The translations under genes were made by a program, and so were the position numbers. From Planctomycetota bacterium (lineage in GTDB: Bacteria; Planctomycetota; B15-G4; SIAN01): 64,000 bases of DNA. The stretch lies in assembly GCA_031409275.1 (NCBI GenBank), contig JANNXA010000034.1:32001-96000 (forward strand), given 5' to 3'. How positions within the stretch are numbered: the first letter of the stretch is position 1; each line of letters opens with the position of its first letter. The notes under the pieces are model-generated. The model did not search any database. It saw nothing but the letters and a program-made list of their open reading frames with translations, and was not told where the DNA came from. Below, one piece after another: positions 29,301 to 37,061 of this stretch.

Positions 29301-29433
29301 GTATCAGCGGGCGCTTGGGCGTCGCGCCACGCCGGCCGAACTCGACCGCGCAGCCGTCCTCGCTCGCGACCACGGCCTTGTCAGCGTCTGCTGGGCGCTG
29401 TTCAACAGCTCGGAGTTCCTCCATGTTCGCTGA
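26377..29433 (+). CDS. PSD1/planctomycete cytochrome c protein with inserted LamG/concanavalin-like domain
   Basis: CVKCHG, RRLYFDLLGLPP, CARCHAHKFD; LamG-like ARWEFEG...TLEVW...HLALVY...ALYDRAL; DUF1553 motifs. Alternative start 26386. Confidence 0.9.
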   Translation: MRTMSASHRWHLRSRVPQAVALWFLLAPSVRAQSVVDFARDIEPLFAQRCVKCHGPARQKGGLRLDRKAAALRGGDDGPVIVAGDRAKSVLIQRVSGVDPEKRMPPTGEPLDAESLRQLGDWIDAGAAWPDETASGAAAAIESDLWSLQPVRKVVPPAVARAEWVRNPVDAFVLAKLESAGLAPAPEADRATLIRRLYFDLLGLPPEPAEIDAFVADPDPRAFEERVDALLESPHYGERWGRHWLDVARFTESQGFEYDRLRDHAWPYRDWVIAAFNDDLPYDRFMQLQIAGDVIEPVTAEGIVATSLLVCGPFDEAGNAQANVTQRQRTREEEMEDLVSVVAQSFLALTVNCARCHAHKFDPIPQEDYYRMRSVFDGVRHGERPRVAPREEQARAEQVAAERDAIAALEAEVAAIEATVRDAIAAQRRAVESSTAPRGADGPAPFARWEFEGDATDALGTLHGTLVDGARIAGGRLLVDGRGAFLQTAALSRDLIEKTLEVWLVLPDVEQGGGAAISVESGDGATFDALVFAEREARRWMAGSNGFRRTREFGGAAEAPGALVHLALVYGADQTIRCYRNGEPYGAAYASPEPLPTYRAGAAHVLLGKRHAAGANVFLAAEIERAALYDRALDAAEVAASFAATGDVPTRAQVVAAMTPSQRRRHAECIAQLEHEATRLEALAVAPPMVYAGRREQPEPAHRLLRGDVTQRAEVVAPGGLSAIAEPAADFALAPDAPEAQRRLALAKWLADPRHPLPARVMVNRLWHHHFGRGIVGTPSDFGVSGERPSHPELLDWLAATFVEGGFSVKAMHRLLLNSASWRQSSDANDAAARLDVENRLVWRHEPRRLEAEAVRDAMLAASGQLNRVLGGPSFRPFDTSSFGSTFYAPVDKLGPEFDRRTVYRMNVNSGKEPLLDVFDCPEPSVKTPARRATTTPLQALSLMNGSFVERQAAALAARATLESGGETTAAIEQAYQRALGRRATPAELDRAAVLARDHGLVSVCWALFNSSEFLHVR

Positions 29434-30880
29434 GCCACGCGACCGTGCCGGCGAGATCGCGGCGCTCTCGCGGCGCGAGTTCCTGTGGCGAACGGGCGGC
29501 GGGCTGGGCGGGATCGCGCTGGCGTGGATGCTGCAGCGAGAGGCGCGCGCGGCGATGGGTGGCGCCGGTGATGGAGCGCTCGCGCTGCCGCACCACGCGC
29601 CGCGAGCCAAGCGCGTCGTGCAGCTCTTCTGCCTCGGCGGCGTCAGCCACATCGACACCTTCGACTACAAGCCGGAGCTCGAACGCTTCCATGGCAAGTC
29701 GCTGGTGGGGAAGGGCGAGAACCTCGGCTTCTTCGGACAGCCCGGGAATGTGATGAAGAGCCCATGGGCCTTCCGTCAACACGGCGAGTCGGGCGCGTGG
29801 GTGAGCGACCTGCTGCCTCACCTCGCCCGGCGCGTCGACGACCTCGCGTTCATCAAGTCGATGGTGGCGAACAGCAACAACCACACGCCGGCCACCTTCC
29901 AGATGAACACCGGCTTCACCATGAACGGCTTCCCGTCCATGGGCGCGTGGCTGAGCTACGGGCTCGGGACCGAGAACGAGGACCTGCCGACCTTCGTCGT
30001 CCTGCCCGATCCGCGCGGGCTTCCGGCGGGCGGCTCGATCAATTGGACCGCCGGCTTCCTGCCCGCCACCCATCAGGGAACGCCGTTTCGCACCGACTCG
30101 CCCGAGCCGATCGTCGATCTCGCCACACCGACGGGGACCAGCTCGAATCGGCGCGCCGCCGAGCTGGAACTGCTGCGCCAGATGAACACGGAGGCGGCGG
30201 CGCGGGACCCTGGCGACAGCGTGCTCGCGGCCCGATTGCGCGCCTACGAGCTGGCGCAGCGCATGCAGACCAGCGTTCCCGGTGCCATCGACCTCGCCGA
30301 CGAGCCGGAGTCGATCCGGCGCATGTATGGGCTCGATCGTCGCGAGACCGCCGGCATGGGGCGCAACTGCCTGCTCGCGCGTCGCCTGCTCGAGCGCGGC
30401 GTCCGCTTCGTCCAGCTACTGAACGGCGGCGCTTTCGGCAGCCCACGCATCAACTGGGATGCGCACGAGAACCTCGTCGAGAACCACTCCGCGATGGCGG
30501 CCGGGGTCGACCAGCCGGTGGCGGCGCTGCTCGAGGACTTGAAGCAACGCGGCATGCTCGAGGACACGCTCTTCTTGTGGACCACCGAGTTCGGGCGCAG
30601 TCCCGCCACGCAGGGGCTCGAGTCGACCGGACGCGATCACCACCCGAGCGCCTTCACCTGTTTCCTCGCCGGCGCCGGCGTGAAGCCTGGGATCACCTAC
30701 GGCAGCTCCGACGAGGTCGGCTACTTCGCCGCCGTCGACCGCGTCGAGATCCCCGATCTGCATGCGACGGTCCTGCACCTGCTTGGTCTCGACCACAAGC
30801 GCCTGACCTACTACCACAACGGAATCCAGCGCCGCCTGACCAACGTCAGCGGCGAGGTGGTGCAGGGAATCCTCGCGTAG
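29423..30880 (+). CDS. DUF1501 domain protein
   Basis: SRREFL leader; GGVSHIDTFD, ERGVRFVQ, WDAH, EFGRSP, GRDHH; overlaps the end of the PSD1 gene. Confidence 0.9.
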   Translation: MFAEPRDRAGEIAALSRREFLWRTGGGLGGIALAWMLQREARAAMGGAGDGALALPHHAPRAKRVVQLFCLGGVSHIDTFDYKPELERFHGKSLVGKGENLGFFGQPGNVMKSPWAFRQHGESGAWVSDLLPHLARRVDDLAFIKSMVANSNNHTPATFQMNTGFTMNGFPSMGAWLSYGLGTENEDLPTFVVLPDPRGLPAGGSINWTAGFLPATHQGTPFRTDSPEPIVDLATPTGTSSNRRAAELELLRQMNTEAAARDPGDSVLAARLRAYELAQRMQTSVPGAIDLADEPESIRRMYGLDRRETAGMGRNCLLARRLLERGVRFVQLLNGGAFGSPRINWDAHENLVENHSAMAAGVDQPVAALLEDLKQRGMLEDTLFLWTTEFGRSPATQGLESTGRDHHPSAFTCFLAGAGVKPGITYGSSDEVGYFAAVDRVEIPDLHATVLHLLGLDHKRLTYYHNGIQRRLTNVSGEVVQGILA

Positions 30881-31094
30881 GTCCGAGCGGCGAGTCGCGA
30901 AAGAGACGGGCCGATCCCGGTCGAAACTCGATCGCCGTGTCCCGGCCTCTGCCGACCGGAATCAACTCATGAAGACCTTCGGAGCGGCCTTGTCCGCGCT
31001 CGTCAGCAACGCCTTCCCATCGATCGCCTGGAGCCGCGCCGCCGCACCGCGTGCTCGACCATTCGAGACGCGCGATGCGGCGGTGTGCGGCCAG

Positions 31095-33983
31095 TCAGTT
31101 GCCTGCGGTCGCCGCTGCGAACCCGCTCCAGTGGTCGACGGTCGTCTGCAGCGCTTCGGTCAGCGTGCCGTCGGCGGCGAAGAAGAGGGTCGTCGGCATC
31201 GGGAGCCGCTCCGGGTCGAGCAACTTCTCGAAAGGCTGTCCCGTAGCGAAATAGCTCGGCAGTTTCATGCCGAGCTTGGCCAGGAGTTCCGTCGCGCGAC
31301 CGAAGTCCTCCAGGCCATCGAGGCTCACCAGCACGACGTCATTGCCGGCAGCGGCGAGCTTCGCGAGGTCGCCCATCTCGGCGACGCATGACTTGCAGTA
31401 GGTCGCCCACAGGTTGACGATCAACGGCTTGGTCCGCCCCGTGAGCGGCAGGCTGACCGTCTTGCCATCAGCGCCGCACAGCTCGAGCTTCTCCATCCGC
31501 GCGCCGACCGCGAACTGCAGCCCCGGCACTCCCGGGTCCTTGAGCTCAAACGTCTTGCGCGGCAGGTCGCTCGCCTTGCCGGTGCCCTCGACCAGCAGCA
31601 CCTTGCGGCCGGCCTTCACCACGCCGAACGACTCGACGGCGCGGCCTGGCCAGCGCACGGTGAGCGTCGCCTCGGCCGCGTCGCCGCAACCGAAGATCAG
31701 CTCCGCGGCGTTCTGCGATTCGAAACCGGTGCCGACGGACATCACTTGCGCGGTGGTGCGCGCGCCCGCCGTCGAGCGAACGATCGCGCCCGGAGCCTGC
31801 CACGGCCCCTTGGTCGCCTGCAGCTGCACTTTCACGCCGCGAGCGCCGAGGTTGACATCGTTGCGATACAGCATGTGCCGCTCGCGCTGGATGTTGTGGA
31901 CGAAGAACTCGGGGTCGCCGTCGTCGTCGAAGTCCGCCACGCATAGCGCGCGGCCATCGCCGTCGTCGTCGGCACCGGAGACGTCGGAGACGTCGAGGTA
32001 CTGGTCGTCGAGCTTCAGGAAGATCTTGTCCTTCTCGAATCCGGAGAAGGAGAAGCCGTCCCCGAAGATCTGGCCCATGTGCTTGTTGGTGTAGCTGCTG
32101 TCGTTCACCTTCTGCGTGCCGAACTCGTCCCGAGCATCGAGAGTGGACGCCACCACGTGGCGCCAGTACGTGCTTCAGGTGTCTTTCAAACTGTTCCCGG
32201 AGATGAATCCGTTCGCGCACGCGAGGTCGAGGTCGCCATCGAGGTCGAGGTCGAGGAACTGCGGTGCCCAGGCCCACGCGGCTCCGACGCCGCCGAACTT
32301 CGAGGAGACCGTCGTGAACTTGCCGTCCTGGAATTGGAACAGCGTGTTGCCGGCCGCGAGCTTCTTCAGCGTCTTCTCGCGCTGATCGCTCGTGTCGCTC
32401 TTCACCAGCCGCGAGAGGATGCGGTTGCCGGCGCTCGACGACATGTTCGAGGCGTAGAGATCGATGTCGCCGTCGGCGTCGTAGTCGCCGAAGCAGCAAC
32501 CCATCCCGTTGCCGACGTCGACGACGCCGACTTCCGTGGCGATGTCGGTGAACTTGAGTGCGCCGTCGTTGCGCCAGAACTCCTTCACGCCGTAGTCGTT
32601 GGCGACGAAGAGATCCTGATCGCCGTCCTCGTCGAAATCGTGCCAAGCCGCGGCATAGGTCCAGCGGTTGGCCGGGAAGCCCGCTTCGGCGCTGCGCTCG
32701 CTGAACGTGCCGTCGCCGTTGTTGACGTAGAACGCGTTCTTGCTGCCGTTGTCGGCGGCGAACCACGAGTTGGGACCGGCGAAGCTGCCCTTCTGGTAGC
32801 CGGGGATGAAGAGGTCGAGATCGCCGTCATTGTCGGCGTCGGCCGCGCACGGCGAGAAGCCTTGCAGCAGCTCGGTGAAGCCGGCGGCCGCGCTGACGTT
32901 CACGTACTTGCCGCCCTCGTTGCGATAGAGCTGGGTCGGCCGACCGACTTTCTCGGCCCCCTCCATCCACCCCGAATGCGCGACCAGCAGGTCGAGGTCG
33001 TTGTCGTTGTCGTAGTCGAAGAAGATGGCACCGGTGCCGGCGGGCGGCTGTGCGACTCCGACCTTCGCGGCGACGTCTTCGAACGTGCCGTCGCCCTTGT
33101 TGCGGTACAGGAAATTCTCGTTCTGCGACGGGACGAAGAGGTCCCACAGGCCGTCCCGATCGAAGTCGGCGACGGCCGCGCCGTTCCAGAAGAACGACTT
33201 GTTGCCGTCCTTGCCGAACTGCGGGCCGCGATGGGCGATGCCTGCCGAGCGCGCAACCTCGGTGAAGATCGAGGCGGGCCGTTCGATGTCGGCGAGCGAG
33301 GTGACCGTCCACCGGTCGACCTGCCACTTGCCGGCGACCTTCTTGATGTGGACGCGGCCGAACTCCTCGCGACCCATGCGGCCTCCGCCCGACTTGCGCC
33401 CGATCACGTTCACGCGCACGGTCAGCGCGCCCTCGACCGGCGTCGACTCGGAGAACTCGGCGCCACGCACCTTCACGAAGAAGAACTCGATGGTGCCGAA
33501 CGGTGCGATGAACTCGCGCCAGCTCTCCAGGAAGCCGCTGCGGTTGACGACCGTGAGACCTGCCTTGGTGTCCCAGGTCGACTTCGTCACGTCGAGCGGG
33601 AACGATTTGCTCTCCGCCTTGCCGGGCTTCGCGAGGTCATGACCGACGAAGTCGGCGGTGAAGAGCCCCTTGGCGCCGTGGAAGTCGCGCAGGCGGATCT
33701 TGTCGCCCCACTCGACGAAGGTGTTGGCGACATCCTCGGAAAAATCTTCGACCTCTTCGAGCGACTTGAGTCGCGCTGCCGGATCCTCGATGGCCGGCAG
33801 CGTCGCCGGGAGCTGCGCAACCGCCACCTCGACTTCAGTGACGGGTGCCGGAGCTGCCGCGGTGGCGGCCCCTTCCGACGGCGGCGCCGGAGTCGGCGCC
33901 TCGTCGCTGCAGGCGGCGACGAGCAGCGCGCATGGCGCGGCCGCTCGTCGGACCCAATTCGCCGTTCGATTCCGAATCTGCAT
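31095..33983 (-). CDS. Probable selenoprotein (Sec603, 962 aa): lipoprotein with FG-GAP repeats, ASPIC/UnbV and TlpA-like thioredoxin (CKSC)
   Basis: ORFs 32175-33983 and 31095-32156 share a frame and are separated by one TGA (32175-32177): ANGFISGNSLKDT*STYWRHVV. FG-GAP repeats continue on both sides; SECIS-like hairpin follows; AAGGAG RBS and LVAAC lipobox. Confidence 0.75.
32133..32177 (-). promoter_or_regulatory. Candidate bacterial SECIS element
   Basis: mRNA reads UGA-AGCA-cguac-UGG-CGCCAC-GUG-GUGGCG-u-CCA-cucucga-UGCU. The apical loop starts with G, 18 nt after the UGA. Confidence 0.6.
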
Positions 33984-34186
33984 CGCTGACTCTCCTTGCC
34001 GCGGTCGACCCGATCGTTCGCGATTCAGTGCGAACCGCTCCGGGCGTGATCATGCGTTCCTCGACACTCCTTGCCGAGCAACTCGAACCGGGTCGATTCG
34101 AGTCGTCCCCTCATCGGGTTGGGGCGACTTGTCTCGCGGCAAGGGCGAGTCTTTCCGCTTGCGGGGGTGCCGACGGCGCAGCGGGT

Positions 34187-34205
34187 TAGGCACACGCATT
34201 GCCTA
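34187..34205 (+). promoter_or_regulatory. Candidate sigma54 (-24/-12) promoter or palindromic operator
   Basis: taGGCACacgcaTTGCcta fits GG-N10-GC with GGCAC and TTGC. It is also the palindrome TAGGCA-N7-TGCCTA, in a divergent intergenic region. Confidence 0.45.
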
Positions 34206-34264
34206 GCGGGAGCCAGCGCGCACCGCTGCGCACCACACCCCGCTCTCCATGAGGCCTCCCAACC

Positions 34265-35545
34265 GTGACCGCCACCCGCCGCCTTTCGCCTCGCTCTCTC
34301 GTTGGCCCGCTCGCCGCCGCTGCCGCACTTGCCGGCTGCAGCGCGACGTTGCCCACCAATACCCGTGTTCCGATGCAGCCCGAGGAGGCCGGTGGCTACC
34401 GCGGCAATCCGACCAAGCCGTTCGGCTCGCTGTCGCAGGATCTGACCGCGGTCGACCTCGAACCGCAGGCGGATGGCCGCTACACGCTGCGCACCGCGCC
34501 GACGGCGGGCGCGCCGGAGTGGAAGGACCTCGACCTGCGCTGGTTCGTGCCGCGCATCCCGGCGCTCGCGAAGGGCAACGACACGTTGACCCGCGTCGCC
34601 CTGATGCAGCGCGAGTTCAACCGCAACGAGACGAAGTTCGGCGCGGTCGGCGACTACGCCGAGACGAAGATCGCCAACAACTGCCTGCGCGCCGGAATGT
34701 GGGAGGTCGTCCTCGAGAAGAAGAAGGAGGACGGCTCGATGGGCATGACCTATCACGGCTGGTTCGACTTCCCGCTCGACCACTACGCCGCGCTCTTCCA
34801 GCAGGCGAACGGGATGACGTTCGACGCCGCGCGCGAGCTCGTCATCGGCTACCCGGCGTTCGGCGGCTTCGCCTTCCCGCTCGATCAGCTGCGTACGGTG
34901 GAGCGCGAGCGCGTCGTCTCCGCCGCGCAGATCGACCGCCACGCCGCCGACAAGCTCGCCCGTCTGCCCGAGCAGACGCGCAAGGCGGCGCTGGTGCTGA
35001 CGCCTGGCATCGAGACCTACGGCGACTACAGCGATCCGGCGAAGCAGCCGATCCGTGTGGCCGAGTTCAGCGAGCCAGGCTTCTACAACCTCGACAAGCC
35101 GGTCGCGTTCGACTTGTCGTGGCTCGCGAAGCCCGAGTCGATCGCGTGGCGCGCGGTGAAGGGCGTGCAGGCTCCCATCGAGCTGAACGAGCTCGAGATC
35201 CGCTTCGCCGGCGGCCCGCGCATCGTCATCGGGGACGAGGGAATCGCCGCGCTGCCGGTCCGCGAGGCGGCACCGACCAAGGAGTCGGAGACGTTGCGAC
35301 TGACCTTCGGCATCGGCACGCCCGACATCTACGCGACGCTCGCCGAGCGAAAGGCGGAGTTCGAGGGCGGCCGCGCGAACTACCTGCTGCTGCTCGACGC
35401 GCACGGCCAGCACCTCGACAACCACCTTGGCGGTTGCGACCGCGTCTACCTGTGGCGCACCGCGGATGCGTTGCACGTCTACCTGATCGGCTACGAGCGC
35501 ATGACGATCGTGAGCCACCTCACGATCCCGTGGCAGCTGCCCTGA
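34265..35545 (+). CDS. Hypothetical lipoprotein
   Basis: Lipobox LAGC; strong coding bias; no family recognised. Confidence 0.75.
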   Translation: MTATRRLSPRSLVGPLAAAAALAGCSATLPTNTRVPMQPEEAGGYRGNPTKPFGSLSQDLTAVDLEPQADGRYTLRTAPTAGAPEWKDLDLRWFVPRIPALAKGNDTLTRVALMQREFNRNETKFGAVGDYAETKIANNCLRAGMWEVVLEKKKEDGSMGMTYHGWFDFPLDHYAALFQQANGMTFDAARELVIGYPAFGGFAFPLDQLRTVERERVVSAAQIDRHAADKLARLPEQTRKAALVLTPGIETYGDYSDPAKQPIRVAEFSEPGFYNLDKPVAFDLSWLAKPESIAWRAVKGVQAPIELNELEIRFAGGPRIVIGDEGIAALPVREAAPTKESETLRLTFGIGTPDIYATLAERKAEFEGGRANYLLLLDAHGQHLDNHLGGCDRVYLWRTADALHVYLIGYERMTIVSHLTIPWQLP

Positions 35546-35584
35546 TCGCCGCGAGGTTCGGCGCGAGCGGATGAAGCGAAAGAT

Positions 35585-35623
35585 GCGGCCGGCTTCGTCA
35601 GGCGAGGCCGGCCGCTTCACTTC
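35585..35623 (+). terminator. GC-rich hairpin, possible terminator or attenuator
   Basis: gcggccggcttcg-tcagg-cgaggccggccgc followed by ttcacttc, about 40 nt after the lipoprotein stop. Confidence 0.4.
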
Positions 35624-35756
35624 GTCCCGTGAAGCGGCCATGCTCGCCCGCACTCCCGGGACCCACAGCAGTCGATGACGCAACGAGGGGAGAGCGCGCG
35701 CCGCTGGGTCGCGACGGTGCATCTCCCTTCGAATCATTGAAGAGGGAGACACGCGG

Positions 35757-37043
35757 ATGATGCGGATCAAGGAAACGGCGACGCTCTGCGCGCTCTGCGC
35801 GCTCTGCGCGCTCTGCGCGCTGGCGTTGCCGGCGTCGGCGCAGTCGGAGCTCGACCTCAAACTGAAGAAGCTGAACGACGCCGCGCAGGCCGATCCGGGG
35901 CTTTCGGCCGACTTCAAGGCGGCCCTCGCGGACGTCGCGGGAACGCTCGGCAAGGCGCAGGGTGGTGGACTCGGTCCCTGGGTCGACAAACTCAAGTTCT
36001 ACGGCGACTTCCGCCTGCGCCACGAGACCGACTTCCACCTGGACGACCAGGAGAGCCGCAATCGCGAGCGACTCCGCTTCCGGGTGGGCGGCGACTACGC
36101 CGTGAACGACGAGATGAGCGTGGGCGCGCGGCTGGTCACTGGCAGCGCCACCGATGAGAACTCGCCGCACCAGAACCTCGGCGCGACGTTCGACAAGTTC
36201 TCGATCAGCCTCGATCGCGCCTTCGTGACCTGGAAGCCGGCGGCGATCGCCGGCACCTGGATCACGGGCGGCAAGTTCGGCCACCCGATCGAACGCAACC
36301 CTGTCTACGGCGAGCTCATCTGGGACGACGACGTGCAGCCGACCGGCATCGCGGCTGGCGGGACGCATGGCGCCTTCAAGTGGATGGCGGGCGAGTACCT
36401 GCTGCTCGACAACTCGAACAGCGGCACGCTCGAATCGGCCGCGGCCCTGGTCGCGCAGGCGAGCGCCACTGGCAAGCTGAACGACGCCAACAAGGTCACC
36501 GGCGCGCTGACCTTCTATCGCTACAGCCGGTTGAACCCCGATGACGTGAACGGCGGCCGCCTGTTCAGCGAGAACTTCGGCAACGTCGGCGTCGACACGA
36601 CGGGCGACGCCACGCTCGACGACTACCTGTCGCGCTTCACGATCTACAACCCGATGGTCGCGCTGGAGAACAACAGCTTCTCGCAGCCGTTGATCTTCGC
36701 AGCCGAGTACCTCCTGAACCCGCGCGCGAAGATCGACGCCGACTCGGGCTACTCCGTCGGCGTGAAGTGGGGCAAGAACAAGGCGAAGGGCGATTGGCAG
36801 GCCTACTACAACTGGCAGGCGATGGGCCAGGACGCGGTGCTGTCGAACTTCACCAACGACGACTTCCTGTTCGGCACCAACTACCGCGGCCACCTCGTCG
36901 GCGTGAAGTGGCAGTGCCTCGACAAGGCGGAACTCCACTTCTGGGGCTCGGCGATGCGCCGCTCGAACCTCGGCACGTCGGCAACCACCGACGACGACCA
37001 GCTGCAGATGCGCGCGCGGGTGGACCTCAACATCCGGTTCTGA
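35757..37043 (+). CDS. Putative porin (outer-membrane beta-barrel)
   Basis: Signal peptide; LKFYGDFRLRHE, RERLRFR, LDRAF, ELIWDDDV and GTNYRG motifs; C-terminal Phe (DLNIRF). Confidence 0.85.
   Translation: MMRIKETATLCALCALCALCALALPASAQSELDLKLKKLNDAAQADPGLSADFKAALADVAGTLGKAQGGGLGPWVDKLKFYGDFRLRHETDFHLDDQESRNRERLRFRVGGDYAVNDEMSVGARLVTGSATDENSPHQNLGATFDKFSISLDRAFVTWKPAAIAGTWITGGKFGHPIERNPVYGELIWDDDVQPTGIAAGGTHGAFKWMAGEYLLLDNSNSGTLESAAALVAQASATGKLNDANKVTGALTFYRYSRLNPDDVNGGRLFSENFGNVGVDTTGDATLDDYLSRFTIYNPMVALENNSFSQPLIFAAEYLLNPRAKIDADSGYSVGVKWGKNKAKGDWQAYYNWQAMGQDAVLSNFTNDDFLFGTNYRGHLVGVKWQCLDKAELHFWGSAMRRSNLGTSATTDDDQLQMRARVDLNIRF
35782..35821 (+). repeat. 9-bp tandem repeat (cgctctgcg x4.4) in the porin signal peptide
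   Basis: Encodes CALCALCALCAL. Confidence 0.9.
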
Positions 37044-37061
37044 GCGAGATCACGTTCCCGA

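Noticed and set aside
30881..31094. Small CDS or read-through beyond the selenoprotein stop
   Set aside because: No start, RBS or recognisable motif, and the TlpA domain is already complete.
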